A DNA stretch of 64,000 nucleotides, taken from the NCBI GenBank assembly GCA_965153285.1, contig OZ229111.1; one strand, 5' to 3'. The position numbers and the translations under genes were made by a program. Shown here one piece after another: positions 11,601 to 23,300 of this stretch. Source of the DNA: Podarcis tiliguerta (Eukaryota). Every line of letters starts with the position of its first letter. Position 1 is the first letter of the stretch. The notes under the pieces were generated by a model. It made no database searches. It was not told where the DNA came from and saw only the letters and a program-made list of their open reading frames with translations.

Positions 11601-12757
11601 TGCTTCCAGACCACCTGTTTATACAGCATCCATAATGATTTGTTTGCACAAAGTTTGTGGGGAGGTTAGATCCGTTTTTATTCGTGGAGAAGTTATACAA
11701 CATTGCACCAGACAATCTCCCACTTTCCATATTGCAAAAACAAAACTGATTTGGGATTGAAGCTGGTTTGTTGTGCAAGAACGCCAAATCAAGTTAAATT
11801 GTGCAGCCTGAATTTGCCAGTTTGTGATTGAATCCCACCTGCAAATACTGAGAGACTAGAAATGCTTAGCTTCTAAGAGGGCAACAGCTCTTGTTGAATA
11901 TAATAGGTGCCTCAAGCAGTTCCACCGCTGATTATAATGTTCTGTAAGCAGCACTCCTGGTCACCATTACGTCTGTAACATTCTGGAAGAATATGGGTTG
12001 AGTGTATCTACGGAGGATGCCTTGGTGGTAAAGGATGTGTGCCGTGCCGTGTCGTCACGTGCCGCTAAGATGTGTGCAGTGGGAATATCTGCAGTTGTGG
12101 AGAAGATTCGAGAGAACCGTCGTGCGTCAAAGCTGGATATAACAGTTGGTGTGGATGGGACACTCTACAAGATGCATCCTTAGTGAGTCAGTTTTGCTTC
12201 ATTAAAATGCGGGGCAAGCAAGGCCTCAACCCAACAGAGTGCAAATAGGGGAATGGAAACTTCAGTTGCCCATTGGATGGCAAGACTAGGTTGGGCAGAG
12301 ATGACAACAATTGTGTTTTGATGCATGGGGAGAAACTCGGCCATTACTGATCCATGCTAGGCTGGAGGACCTTAGTACTTCTTGGGAGACACAGTGCATG
12401 GTAAAGGGTGGTTCTTCCTAAGCTGCGGTATGGCTGTTTGGGCAGTTTTCTTTGGAGTATGGGGTTCTGCAGCACCTGCCTAGAAAAGTTGAATGCTGCC
12501 CCTGTTTTGGGTTAGGGAAAGAGGGGAAAGGTGCAATAACGTATGTCCAAGAACCATGTAACCAGGGGAGGGTGTGATGCTGGCTGAACATTGCTTTCTC
12601 TTGCTCACGGACATGCTCCCTTTTTGTTCTCAGCTTTGCAACAAAGCTTCATAAGACGACGGCTATGATAGCTCCAAACTGCAACGTCAAGTTCTTGCTG
12701 TCAGAGGATGGTTCAGGGAAGGGGGCTGCACTGATTGCTGCTGTGGCCCATAAATAA
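37..12757 (+). CDS. HK3: Hexokinase-3, multi-exon CDS, 5'-partial (12 coding exons in window, equivalent to exons 7-18 of the HK1-type structure)
   Basis: Exons splice in frame with AG/GT boundaries. The C-half has intact motifs [54 protein letters not shown]. Exon sizes repeat between halves (184/156/234). The N-half is degenerate. Tail-to-tail with UNC5A, as known for human HK3. Confidence 0.9.
395..656 (+). mobile_element. Decayed L2/CR1-clade LINE reverse-transcriptase fragment
   Basis: Translation [15 protein letters not shown]...WFQFYL...[15 protein letters not shown] resembles RT motifs LLDLSAAFDTIDH and GVPQGSxLSPxLFNI. Confidence 0.75.
772..929. mobile_element. Non-autonomous hAT-like DNA transposon (same family as 34958-35159)
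   Basis: Ends CAGGCATGTCCAAA / TTTGGACACCACTG; shares ttcacttcatcaaatctggccctctttgaaaaa with the second copy. Confidence 0.7.
1671..1826 (+). CDS. HK3: HK3 exon (156 nt): [51 protein letters not shown]
   Basis: Pyrimidine tract plus cag acceptor, gtaagt donor; homologous to hexokinase [12 protein letters not shown]. Confidence 0.9.
2588..2615. repeat. (AC)14 microsatellite
   Basis: Read directly from the sequence. Confidence 0.95.
2765..2998 (+). CDS. HK3: HK3 exon (234 nt): [49 protein letters not shown]...[12 protein letters not shown]
   Basis: ctgcag acceptor, gtaagg donor, in frame; RSAxLCAAG and VDGxLYK motifs. Confidence 0.92.
3766..4070 (+). CDS. HK3: HK3 exon (305 nt): end of N-half, linker helix and start of C-half (...[29 protein letters not shown])
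   Basis: tccag acceptor, gtgaga donor; MLPTYV-PDG motif. Confidence 0.93.
4588..4736 (+). CDS. HK3: HK3 exon (149 nt): [22 protein letters not shown]... (phosphate-1 loop)
   Basis: tttgtag acceptor, gtaggt donor; DLGGTNFRV motif. Confidence 0.95.
4920..5039 (+). CDS. HK3: HK3 exon (120 nt): [40 protein letters not shown]
   Basis: cctgcag acceptor, gtatga donor; hexokinase signature LGFTFSFP. Confidence 0.95.
5724..5819 (+). CDS. HK3: HK3 exon (96 nt): [32 protein letters not shown]
   Basis: ttcacag acceptor, gtatgt donor; WTKGF motif. Confidence 0.95.
5900..6268 (+). mobile_element. Sauria SINE (Squam1-type), full length
   Basis: tRNA-like head GGGACGCGGGTGGCGCTGTGG with B box GGTTCGAATCC, (ACCTTT)n tail, flanking repeat TATTCAGACTT at 5885-5895 and 6268-6278. 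Confidence 0.88.
6638..7012. mobile_element. Degenerate palindromic non-autonomous DNA transposon; inverted relative at about 14410-14580
   Basis: Internal inverted symmetry (gctctgtgttcaagcat vs atgctcagacacagagc; aaaacccatct vs agagcgggttttt); similar sequence in the last UNC5A intron. Confidence 0.45.
7350..7770 (-). mobile_element. L2-type LINE 3' end fragment
   Basis: [10 protein letters not shown]...[18 protein letters not shown] is typical of an L2 ORF2 C-terminus, followed by a T-rich 3' UTR. Confidence 0.7.
8790..9036 (+). mobile_element. tRNA-derived core SINE (Squam3/MIR-like) with (CTT)n tail
   Basis: A-box TGGTGTAGTGG, core gtgaccttgggc...cctcacag...ttgtg, (CTT)n end; older relatives near 33670-33835, 47110-47260 and 51230-51360. 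Confidence 0.7.
10224..10323 (+). CDS. HK3: HK3 exon (100 nt): [33 protein letters not shown] (catalytic Asp)
   Basis: ttcccag acceptor, gtaaga donor; VNDTVG motif. Confidence 0.95.
10734..10917 (+). CDS. HK3: HK3 exon (184 nt): [38 protein letters not shown]...
   Basis: tctctcag acceptor, gtgagt donor; canonical motifs. Confidence 0.95.
11004..11159 (+). CDS. HK3: HK3 exon (156 nt): [51 protein letters not shown]
   Basis: ctaaag acceptor after an 86-nt intron, gtaagt donor; [10 protein letters not shown] motif. Confidence 0.95.
11949..12182 (+). CDS. HK3: HK3 exon (234 nt, or 231 nt from 11952): [45 protein letters not shown]...[12 protein letters not shown]
   Basis: Tandem acceptor AAG-CAG at 11946-11951, gtgagt donor; GVDGTLYK motif. 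Confidence 0.9.
12634..12757 (+). CDS. HK3: HK3 last coding exon: [40 protein letters not shown]
   Basis: tgttctcag acceptor, [10 protein letters not shown] motif, TAA at 12755-12757. Confidence 0.95.
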
Positions 12758-12963
12758 CCAAACCATCCACTTGACTTGAATAAAGATGTCCCAGTAACCA
12801 GGACACCAAGCCATTCTCTACAATGTCCAGACCTTGACCCACAGCAATGTCCTCCCACCCTCCTCTGTGGCCAAACTGCAGGAAAGGCAAGTTGTGTCAG
12901 CAGTGGTGTTCCATCTTTATAGCTCTCTTTACCATCTCTGATTCATGTTCAAGCGAGGAAAAC

Positions 12964-12969
12964 AATAAA
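12964..12969 (+). terminator. Likely HK3 polyadenylation signal AATAAA (other candidates at 12779-12784 and 13323-13328)
   Basis: AATAAA about 200 nt after the stop codon, followed by a U-rich downstream element (ttatatatatttttt). Confidence 0.5.
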
Positions 12970-13231
12970 ACAAATTCCTGCTGCCACTTGGGTTTCCAAG
13001 TTATATATATTTTTTCCCAACAATCCAAGCCCAAAGATAACACAGACTGAGAGTGCTAAAATGGAGGGGCTTTCTTAATAACCCTGGACATTTCTACACC
13101 TACTAAGCTGTCAGGGAAGCTCTGCTGAGACTTTGGACTCTCTCTGCTTTTCTCCAGATCTGGCAATGCTTCCATTGGCTTAGTGTTGAGTACAGACACA
13201 AGAAGTCCCATGTAGCAATATATATATATAA

Positions 13232-13237
13232 TTTATT
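13232..13237 (-). terminator. Likely UNC5A polyadenylation signal AATAAA
   Basis: TTTATT on the + strand about 920 nt past the UNC5A stop; upstream UGUA motifs and a GU-rich downstream element (cttcttgtgtctgt) on the - strand. Confidence 0.65.
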
Positions 13238-14157
13238 TACATTCATGCCCGCTAAAACCCTGTGCGGGACGCTTATATGTACATAAGGCCAAGTGTAAAT
13301 ACTTGAATGCACTTGAATACAGAATAAAAAACGATCTTTACACAATACGGCATGGGCCCGCCTGGCCCAGCACACGTTCACTGCACGGATTGGACTGCCA
13401 CGCACACGCACAATTCCCTTTGCATATACACTGGGCAAGGACTAAGGAGGCACAGATCCTGTCATCCAGCACAGCATGGTCCACCTCCCTGGGCTGCCCT
13501 TGACCATCTCCTCTCCTTGTCCCCTCGGGGTCCCCAGTGTCAGCAAACCACCAACCCCTGGGCGGCCCACTATGACCAAGTCATGGGTATCTCTTGGGCT
13601 GGAGCAAAAATATACAGAGATGGCTCTGGAAACAACCTGTCGGATCCCCCCTCCTGGCTCTGCTTCATCGCAGCATGGGGGGCTGCAGTGGGAGAGGCAT
13701 GGCCTTCTCGGCTCCAGGAGCAAGCTTACCTTTTTGTCCTGGACACTCCCCACAAGCACCAAGCCAGCCATCTCCCTTCCCCTTTCTTCCCATGCTGGGG
13801 AAGAGGAGGGCCCTGGGTATATGACTAAGCCCAACAGAAGTACATCAGAATCCATTGCCAGCCTACTGCAGTATATGGGGCAAGCCTCCCTCGGCCAGTC
13901 CCAGAGCTTCCATGGCAGTGGCAGGGCAGGCATTCAGTAGTTTCCCCCACCACCCCATGGCTACTAGAGACTGAGCCCGGTGTGCTTGCCTTCTAGTTGT
14001 ATTTGGCACAAGGAACAGAGGGCGTGAGGCTAGGATGCCTCCGACGGAGCAGGCAGGCGTATTCAAAGCAGGACAAGTGTGGGAACACTGCCTCCTTCAA
14101 GCGGAGATGCCCTCTGCCATCCCCCAGCAAAGGCCTGTGCTGCCCCTACCAAGTGCC

Positions 14158-14323
14158 TTAGCACTCAGCCTCCGACACCATGAAGAGGGAGCTGTCCTGC
14201 TTGCCCACCTCCGCCACAGCAGCCGCCAGCTGGTTGAGGTTCCCGTTGGGGAAGTGACGGGCTTCCCATAAGTTCAACATCATGGCCGTTGGGCTGGGTT
14301 TCGAAGCAAAGAAGCTTAGATGG
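14158..14323 (-). CDS. UNC5A: UNC5A last coding exon: [54 protein letters not shown]
   Basis: ccacag acceptor; TAA at 14160-14158. Confidence 0.95.
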
Positions 14324-17300
14324 CTGTGGAAAGAGGAGAGCCATTATTACCCAGGAGAAAGAGCCCCCAAGGCAGCACTTAGTCACACTCACCTTTTGCC
14401 CCATGCTTGCTAGGCACAGGCCTGCTCTTTAAAACTCTGTGTCTGAGCGTTTTTGTTTTGCCCCAGCAAAAACCCCGCTCTTTAATGCTGAATTGGAACA
14501 AATGGCAATTTGGGATTTCTGCAGATTGCTGTTTGCTCCAATTCAGTAGTAAAGAGTGGGTTTTCACAGGGACACATTTCTAGAAATGCAGCACAAAAAG
14601 AAGTCCAGATGAGCCCCCCGTTTCCTTTCCTTCCTTGCCCCCACTATGTCACAGGAAAAAACAATGTGACTGCATCTGTTCCTGCTGGCCCTCCATACAG
14701 AAATCCCTCCTCCCAGCTTAGTCACCTGTTCCTGCTAAAGCAAGATTCATCCCCCTGGTAGGGTCTGTGCCAGCTGCAGCTTGTTTCTCCTGGCATAGAG
14801 ATTTACCTGTCGAGGTGCAGTTTCTGGGCTAATGCTCTCCAGTCAGCCCCACGGGCCCCTGGTGCATCCAGGCTGCTTATGATCTTCTGGCGGATGAGGA
14901 AGGGGATCTTGAAGGCACTGGGGCCCACGAGGGCAGGGGAGCCAGCCTCATTGTCTGGGGGCAGCCAGTCTGAGAACCGTGCATCCTGGGAAAAGGAGAG
15001 CAGCTATTAGGACCTATAAGGCGAACAAAGTCTTCATGGTGAGAGGAGGCAATGGAGGAGAGAGTGCCCGTGAAGACAAGGCTGTTTCTGCTTTATATTC
15101 TCTCTCAGTTTGATGCTGCTTTAAGTAAGGTGGAGAGGCCTCCCTGACACAATATGATTTTCTCCCAGATATTCCCCAGAAGGGTAATTCTGTCTACTTG
15201 ACAGGTTTAGCGAAGGAGGATACCTAAAGATCACAAAGAATATCTCCCGCTTGACTGGGAAAGGAGGAGTGAAGGGGAACGAAAAGTTAAAGGGTAGGCT
15301 CACTGCTGCGGGGGAAAGGAGGCTTTTGTTGACGTAAAGAGCAGCGATGCGCAGGGCCGGGTGTATTTTGCACCAAGAAAAAAATGGGATCCTGTGACTT
15401 CTACAGATTATGGAAATTGTGCATAATTGCTAGTTAGCCACGTCTCCGGCTTCTGAGATTCCAGTAATCACCGGCCACACTTTCACAGCCCTAAAGTAAC
15501 TAAAAAACCTGCTTTTATGAAAGAAGGTTCTTAAGATGTTAAATTTCACACCTCACATAACACTGGGCTGCTTCACATGTAGTCTCATAAGCCATGGCAG
15601 AGCAATGGGCCCACATGCTTCTTCCTTGCCACTCTCTCCTCCTCCCATTGCATGTTGGTGTTGATGCACAGATCAGAGTTAAGAGTTCCCTAATAACGTC
15701 TCAAATGGGGAGGTGGACCAGTGTTGGTTTGTTAACCAGGATAATTAAAGCAAGCTCTGACCCTAGTTAATATTCTAGTTAGTATTTATTTATTATGAAT
15801 ACCTGTTACCTGCCCTTCACAAAAAGTCCCAGGACAGGGTGCAATAAGAATAAAAAGGACAATTGTAAACCCCAATTTCAAATGGAATGGGCAGCCCTAG
15901 TTCTAGAACCCCCGCGCCAAAGCTTGTGTGCAAGGGAAGGAAGGCTGAGTGGGATGGGGACATGCAGAGCCAACACTCCACCTGGCTTCATAAACTATGG
16001 TTTGTTACAAAGCTATGTCCGAACTGGCCCATTCTATGCTTTTTCTGAACATGCACACAATTCCAGCCTGCGATAGTTTTCTATGCTCATGCTAGGATGG
16101 AAAGACCTATTGACACCGCCCTGCCTTGCATTTCCACTTTTGACTCTGTTCCATGGGAATTCTATGAAATAGTCCTCGACACAATAACCGCAAGTGCGCA
16201 TAACGTATTAAAAACACGTTCAAAAGCTAGATAGGTTCCCACCCAGAAGGGTACCGCAGAAGTCATTTGGCCAACCCTCCCATGGCCATGTCCTTGCCCT
16301 CACCTTGGCAATGTTGAAGTCAATATTGAAGCTCTGCCCATCACCCTCCACCTGCCAGATCCAGATTTTGCAAGCCAACTGGCAAGTGCTGGTGCTAAGT
16401 CGCTCCAACGTGAAGGTGCAGTGCAGGTAAGGCTGCAGACCACTCCAAAGGTGATAGAAGGGAATCTCCTGGAGAGAGAGAGAAAGAGAGCAGGCTTGGG
16501 TTGGGGGTGTGTGGATTTCCTCAGTGGTAAGGAATAAGGCTCCTAGGAGCATGATGATCAGGCCCATTATGTCAGCAACTGCCAGTAGAATTAGGAACTA
16601 GACAAACTATAAAAGCAGACTGATAAATACCTGCCCCCCCCCACAACTACAGCTAGTGGGTGGAGCTTCATAAGAGCTTAGCATCTTTCACATGGGGCAT
16701 TCCTGGTCCTGAGGATATGGGGCTTTGCACTGAATCCCAGTAAATAAGAGATGAAAAAGGGAGGTGACATAGAGCGATGACAGCAGGCTGGAGAAGAGGG
16801 TGCCTACTCTGGATACAGAACACTCCCAGCGCCCATGGGCCACTTGCCTGATAGCTGACAAGAAGCTTGCTCTTCCACAGGGAGCTGGGCACATCATGGA
16901 TGGAGAGGCGCAGGTTGTGGTAACTGTCCTTGAAGTGCAGGATCCGTGGCACGCCAATCAGCTGCCCCCCCATCTGCTTCTCTACTTGTACCACTTCCTG
17001 GAATTGCATGGACAAAGCAGGGGTTGAGTGACTAGAACCATAAACACCCATTTCCTGGTGCCTCCCGCCTTCTGCGGAGGCGCAGTGTGGGGTTGCAAGG
17101 GACTGATCTGGGTTGTTGTGACAAAATCACTGGATGGTGGGGAAGGGGAGAGGCCTAGGTGAGGCCAGACACCCTGCAATTATAGAGCAACATACTGGGC
17201 ATGTGGTCAGTGTCACTGAAGCAACTCATAGGCCTTACTACTAGAGCATTAAGGCTGGTCAGCCTTGATTCTTGAGCAAATAATGGGCTATTGAGACTGG

Positions 17301-20300
17301 AGCAGGTGGGGAATTTGTGGGAAAGAGGCTCAAGGTGTGTATTTTGGGGGCATTTCCAGGGCAGTATTTTGGCCTTGTGGGGTAATACCTTGAGTGCATC
17401 ACGGGTGTCGCTGAGGCAATACACGCGGACATCATATTCCAGCCCAGTACAGGTAGTGGGTGCGAAAAGGACCAATTTGAGGCGCTTTGAAGCCGCCATG
17501 CTGAGCGATTCCCCCACCAAAGCAAAGCGGCCTAGTTGTTCTGTGAAGATGTAGCAAGCCTGGGGTTCCAGCTGGCAGTGGAAGAGTTCCGAGGGCACGG
17601 GCTCACCCAGGTGCAGCACATCCTGAGGAAACGGGAAAGGCAGTGGAGGGATGGGCAGAGATATAAAAACCGCCCTGATCAACAGTTACTGGCACAATGA
17701 GTGCAGAAGCAGCACAAGGGAGCCAGTGCAGATTATGGCTTATTTTTAGAAGCATTTCTGTACCGTACAAGGTGGTGTACACTGCAAAAGCATCAATTAA
17801 AAAAATTAAATTGCATTTTAAAAGAACAAATAATAATTAAGGTGACCGGCTAATCAAAAATTAAGCAGCTGCAAAGGTCTGTTGGCAAACAAACAGGTGT
17901 CAGAAGGAGAAGGCTGACTAATACGCTAGAAGTACAGTGCTTGGGTATTTCCCTGAATCCAGAGCAGTTTATGAATTCTGAAAAAAAATTATGCAAGAAT
18001 GGCTGGCCAACACACAAGGAGAATGAATCTGTATGGGTGGGGTATCAGCAGGAAACAGCTGGTATATAGGACCAAGGATGCAGTACTGAGCTTGAGAGGG
18101 TAGGAGGATTGTTGCTCTTTGGGCACATATAGGAACATTTGCACTACATTCAAGCTGGAATCATAGAATGGTAGAGTTGGAAGGAACCACAAGGGTCATC
18201 TAGTCCAACCCCCTGAAATGCAGGAATTGTTTGCCCAAGGTGGGGTTCAAACCCACAACCCTGAGATTGAGAGTCTTATGCTCTACTGACTGAGCTATCT
18301 TCAGCTAGTCTGAGGGATCCATCACAGCCTCTACTGTAGAACACAAATCAGAATCAAATGTGCCAGTGCTGGGCAGTAAACAGTCCATCAGATTCTGCTA
18401 ATGTTGAAAATAGGGCAGTGTATATTCTACAGTTCTGGGGGGAAATGTAAGATTGTAATACTGGAGGCAGAATCCAGCTTTCATATATATATATATTACA
18501 AAGCATGTTTCTATAACATTTGGATGCAAAGATATGCTTGAGAGTGTATGGCGAAGCCCTGAGAAAGCTACAGGGATAGCTGAATAAGACTTCCGTTGTT
18601 TCCCAAGGATGAGACTTCAGCATCACGCATAGTTCCTCCTCTTTCTCAGAAGTAGCAGAAACAGTATAGAGTTTGCAAAGCAAGCAAAAAAAAACTATGA
18701 ACAATATGACTGATTTGCATAATTTAAGCAGGTTTCAGAATTTAGGTTACTTTGGCCCGGAAGGTTGTTTGCTTTGTAAAGCAAAAAGTACAATACAGCC
18801 TTGTTTAAAGCCTTCGGATTGGTTTGCGACTGCCTGAGGCCAAGCACTCACCTCCCATGTGCCCTCACACGACTGCTTCTTGAGGCGGAGACTCCAGGTC
18901 TCCGGGTTTGGCTCCACACAGTGGTCCATAGCTAGGATGACAGGTCTGGTGAGCAGCACCCCGGGGGGCCCACAGCTGACAATGGGACTCAGCAGGGTCT
19001 GACAGCCAGCCAGGGGCAGCCTCAAAAAAGAGAGAAAACCATGAGTTGGAAAGAGAAGGGGCATACAAAGCCAAGCACAGACACTTCTGACTATTGCCAT
19101 GAGCTAGTTTCCCTTGGTTATCATTCCAATGGGCACAGAAAGCAAACAGGATCTGCATTCTCACCGCTGGGCAATGGAAGCAGAGTGGAGAAATTGGGTG
19201 GGGTTATAGTCAGCATGTACTACTGGCAATCCAAGCAGGGAATTGGAGCTGGCAGTCTTCAGTAAGTGCATTGGAAATGGATGCTGACATAAGGGAATGG
19301 GGAAGGATTATGGCTCAATAGCACAGCGTCTGTTTGCAGAAAGTCCCAGGTTCAATCCCCGGCGTCTCTGGGTAATCCAGAAAGATCCTGGAGAACTGCT
19401 GCCCATCAGTGTAGTCAGTGCTGAGCTAGATGGGAGTCTGTGTGAATTGGCATAAGGTTCATGGGGAAAGTGGAAATGCCTCAGTTATGGCAGACAGCTG
19501 TTATTGGAGCTATCTGCAAAGTGGGAACTCCAAAAACGTTTCAGAGAATATATCCACGATGAATAAGTTGCATTAGGTATCCTTCTTTGGAAGGGAGCAG
19601 AGACAGGGCGGGGGCGGGCATTGTACAAGTGTGCAGCAGTCAAGTTCCTTAGAGGATGACTAGCCAGAGGGTGATGCTCCATTGAGCAGCCTGGCAAGGT
19701 CCTTTCTGGCTGGCAGATCTCACCCGCTTAGCTAACATGACTTATCCTTCATGCTCCAGGCCAGGTTGCTTTAGATGTCCTAATCAAATCTCCCACCTCA
19801 ATCCTCAACCAGCACCAAAGGGATTCTTGACACTAAATGTGCCATGACAGAAGCATGCTTTCTCCATTTGCTGTTGATGCAGCTGTGAGCAGAGGGATGC
19901 AGGCAAGAGTGGGCTGTCAAGGGCCAGCACAAAAACATTAAATCAGAAACATGCTTGGTAGCATTTTAGGATGTAGTTAAGATTGCGACAGAGAAATCTG
20001 CCTAGAAATGGCGGGTGATCTCTGTTGATTATATAGTTCAATCTTACGAGCATGACGTGGGAAGCGCTGGACTGATATTACTAGAGCTTTGATGTAAAAT
20101 GCTCAGGATTGGGGTGCTGCTGGCCCTGTAGCCTCTGTACATATAGAACAAGTAGATGAGTCCTATTGCCTATTTCCAATCAGTTTTGTTTCCTTCAGGC
20201 AAGTGTGTGCCTGGTAAGAGATTGAAATGCCGAATGGGATAATCTGGAGTTGTGTATCTTGAAGGGATACACTGAGAATTTTCCAGCAAGAGGAGTAATG

Positions 20301-23300
20301 TGTATGTCAAGACTTTGTTTCCTTTCTGGACGCTGTAGCTGACCTTCCACAGTGACGTTTAATTCATGCTGCTCCCTCCACCTCATGAGTGGAGGCAAAT
20401 TTCTGCAGCCCATCTGCATGACAAGGTCTACAGGGATGCAGTTGTCCAAGAACTCACTGTGGATTCTACAGGTACCTGTAGGAGAGCCCTTATGTGCCAC
20501 AAGTGATGGGTGGGCATATGGGGCAGGCATACAGTGGACTGGAGTCAAATTGGTATATGAGAAATTAGGGGTCCCACTGACCACTAACGGGGTAGTTGAA
20601 GGATTTCAGGGGTAAGAGGGGTACCTCACATCTTCCTGCTTGTGCAGCGTCAGGTAGATTTCATAGATCTTTCCTCGCGGGATGGCATCAGGTGGGATGA
20701 GCAAGCTGACACCTAAAGGACACAGACATTATTGCTCAAGGGGGTGCAATATACAGTGTCCATGGATGGCCCAAGACATTTCTGCACCTTAGACAGACCC
20801 CAAAATGATGTCCCGCTCCCCAACAGAGAAGAAGATGTGAGGGAAGAGCCAGCTTAGGAACAAGGGGGGAAGATCAACATCAGGATCTGCTGCCCCTGTG
20901 AATCCTGACACCAGGGGCAGTCGCCTTGTGGGTGGACTAGCCCTTGTCAGACCTTCCTATGGGTCCAGGCTTGAAAGAAACATTCCATGTTCTCTTGGGC
21001 AAGCTGACCCTTGGGCCTCAATAAGGGGCTGCTCAGTATCGGGACAATTTCCCCGTAAGGTGGGGAAATGGTATATGCGGTTTCTATCTGGAATTTATCC
21101 ACAAAATAATCACTTATCGTATTCCTATACAGGCCAAACAGGAAGCCTCTGTCTCTTGCATGTGTGTGCTTGAATGCTGGTCCAGAAGGGAACTACGAGC
21201 ATCATAAAGCATCTACACTTTTCCCTACCTAGCTCAGCCTCCCAAATCCCCAGCCTTCCTTCTCTTCCCATCTCACCTGTGTTGGGGATCATTAAACGTC
21301 CACCCAGGAAGTTGAAGGTTCCATAAGCCATGTTGGCACCACCCCTGGGCAAGGAGCGGAAGAAGCTCTGGGTGGAGAACCGAGAGACAAAGTCCACAGG
21401 GTCCGCACCGGGTGAGCTGTGGTGCAGGGTGTGGCGCCCACTGCCCAGGGGGCTCAGCAGGTGCCCATTGCCAATCTGGAACTTGCTGGGTCCATCCTGG
21501 CGTGGGCAGAGCGAGCCCTGGTAGGTCATGGTGGTGGTGCTCAGGTCAGGCTGGATAGTAAGCAAGTGGGAGTTATCTGCAAAGGAGAGAGATTTATGTC
21601 AATAACCCAACAAACTGAGCCGGTCAAAATACATGTGCTGTTTGAACGTATTGAAAGCTCTTCTCTAGGCAGAATGGAAAAGAGAGTTCATTCTTAGCAC
21701 AATATACAGACCTATATTGCTTACAGATGCAAATGCAGATATTTTCAGTCACCTCAGGTAGATAGCAGCCTAATCACAAAACATCATCTCATCAGACAAT
21801 GTTGCACAAAATACATTAACCAGCAGGGGTAACAGACTGCTGCAATGACCCGAGAAACAAAGATCCCTGTTCAAACCATCACTTTTTGTATTAATAAGGT
21901 TATGCATTTTATTTCCCAGAGACAGCTTCCTAAAGATGCAGTACAGTCTCCCTTGCAGAGCTCAGGAGTCCGGACCAATTCATACAACCTATCCGGGCAG
22001 GATATCCAAATGCAGAATGACTAAGGGAGTTGGCCGCATAACACAGTTGTCGTTTTAACGCCCCACCACTTGTCAGGGTGCAAAAAGGTGAGCCTCAAAG
22101 GCCAAAGGTTGCATCATGAGGTGATGAGAAAGTTGAGTGGCTGATGGAATGATGGTAGGGTACCTCTTCCGCCCACACCTAGATGCTCATAAATGACCCA
22201 GTCCACATGTATGTGAAGCTATTGTTTAAAACAGACCAGCCCTTGCTCTTTGTGCCTGCCTCTCTCCTCCCTGGGCTGCCTTGCAGTAGAAATAAACCAG
22301 AGCACTGGCTTAGTCTTACATGCAAATTAACAGTTGTGGTTTGCTTCCCTCCCAGCAAACCACAAACAGTAAGCTAAGAAAAAACATTGGTTACTGCTCA
22401 TGGTTTGCTTGGAGAAAAACAAAACCACAAGTGCTGGTTTGCATGCAATATGAGGCCAGGGATCTGGTTTCTTTCAGTTCCTAAGCAGCACATGGAAGGA
22501 AGGGGGCAAGCAGGAAGAGCAGCACACTCTAGCACTCTGCTCATTCATGATCAGCCATTTTAGACCATGGCTCTGTGTTCAAAATAAACCATGGTCTGTT
22601 TTAGGGCCTAAAACCTTTGGGCCATGGCTTTGCCAACCAGGCTAGTGGGTCTTTGTAAACCGGTTCCAAAATGACAGAAATGGATTGGTTAGGATGAAAG
22701 ATGTGCTTATCCACAAGTGTCATTTTACTATACAACTACCTATGATGACTTCAAGGCCATTTGATTTTACTGACTTCTTCTACATTACATAATAGGTTCC
22801 CTACATTTTTAACTTCCTGGGGCTGTGACAGTCATTGTGACAGAGATGTGCCAGCAAGCTCTTGCATCTTCCATTCCAGCAACTACTTTTCCTCTAGAAG
22901 TTCATGTTTCTTGATTAGTGGGGAACCAACTTTAATTAGCTAGTTCAGAAATACTTGAAGAATGCCTGGCAGATGAGCTGGGGGTGGGATGATTAGAAAA
23001 CCCTTCCTGATACAGGCTCCTGTTCTGACCAGTGCTGGGCTGCCCTTACTGGTTGGTGTCCTGTAGTCCAGTGAGGGCTGGCAGGAAGCATTAGGGCCTT
23101 GCAACTGGAAAGGGTAATTTAGCAGGTTCTCACAAAATATGCAGATGGCATGTTTCTAACCCTCTGGTGTTGCATCTTTCTTTAGCAAAGGCAATGCTCA
23201 GTAATGTAGAGATGCATGGCTAGAGGTGAGTCTCTGGCTATAATTTTTGGTGTGTTTATTGGTTCTGTGGTTTTTCCTACGTAGTCCTCTGCAGATATCC

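Noticed and set aside
37-12757. Assignment as HK1, HK2 or HKDC1, or as a pseudogene
   Set aside because: All exons splice in frame without stops; the degenerate N-half plus adjacency to UNC5A fits HK3
13352-13940. Three overlapping 154-163 aa ORFs between HK3 and UNC5A
   Set aside because: They lie in the GC-rich UNC5A 3' UTR, with no recognisable domain or splice structure
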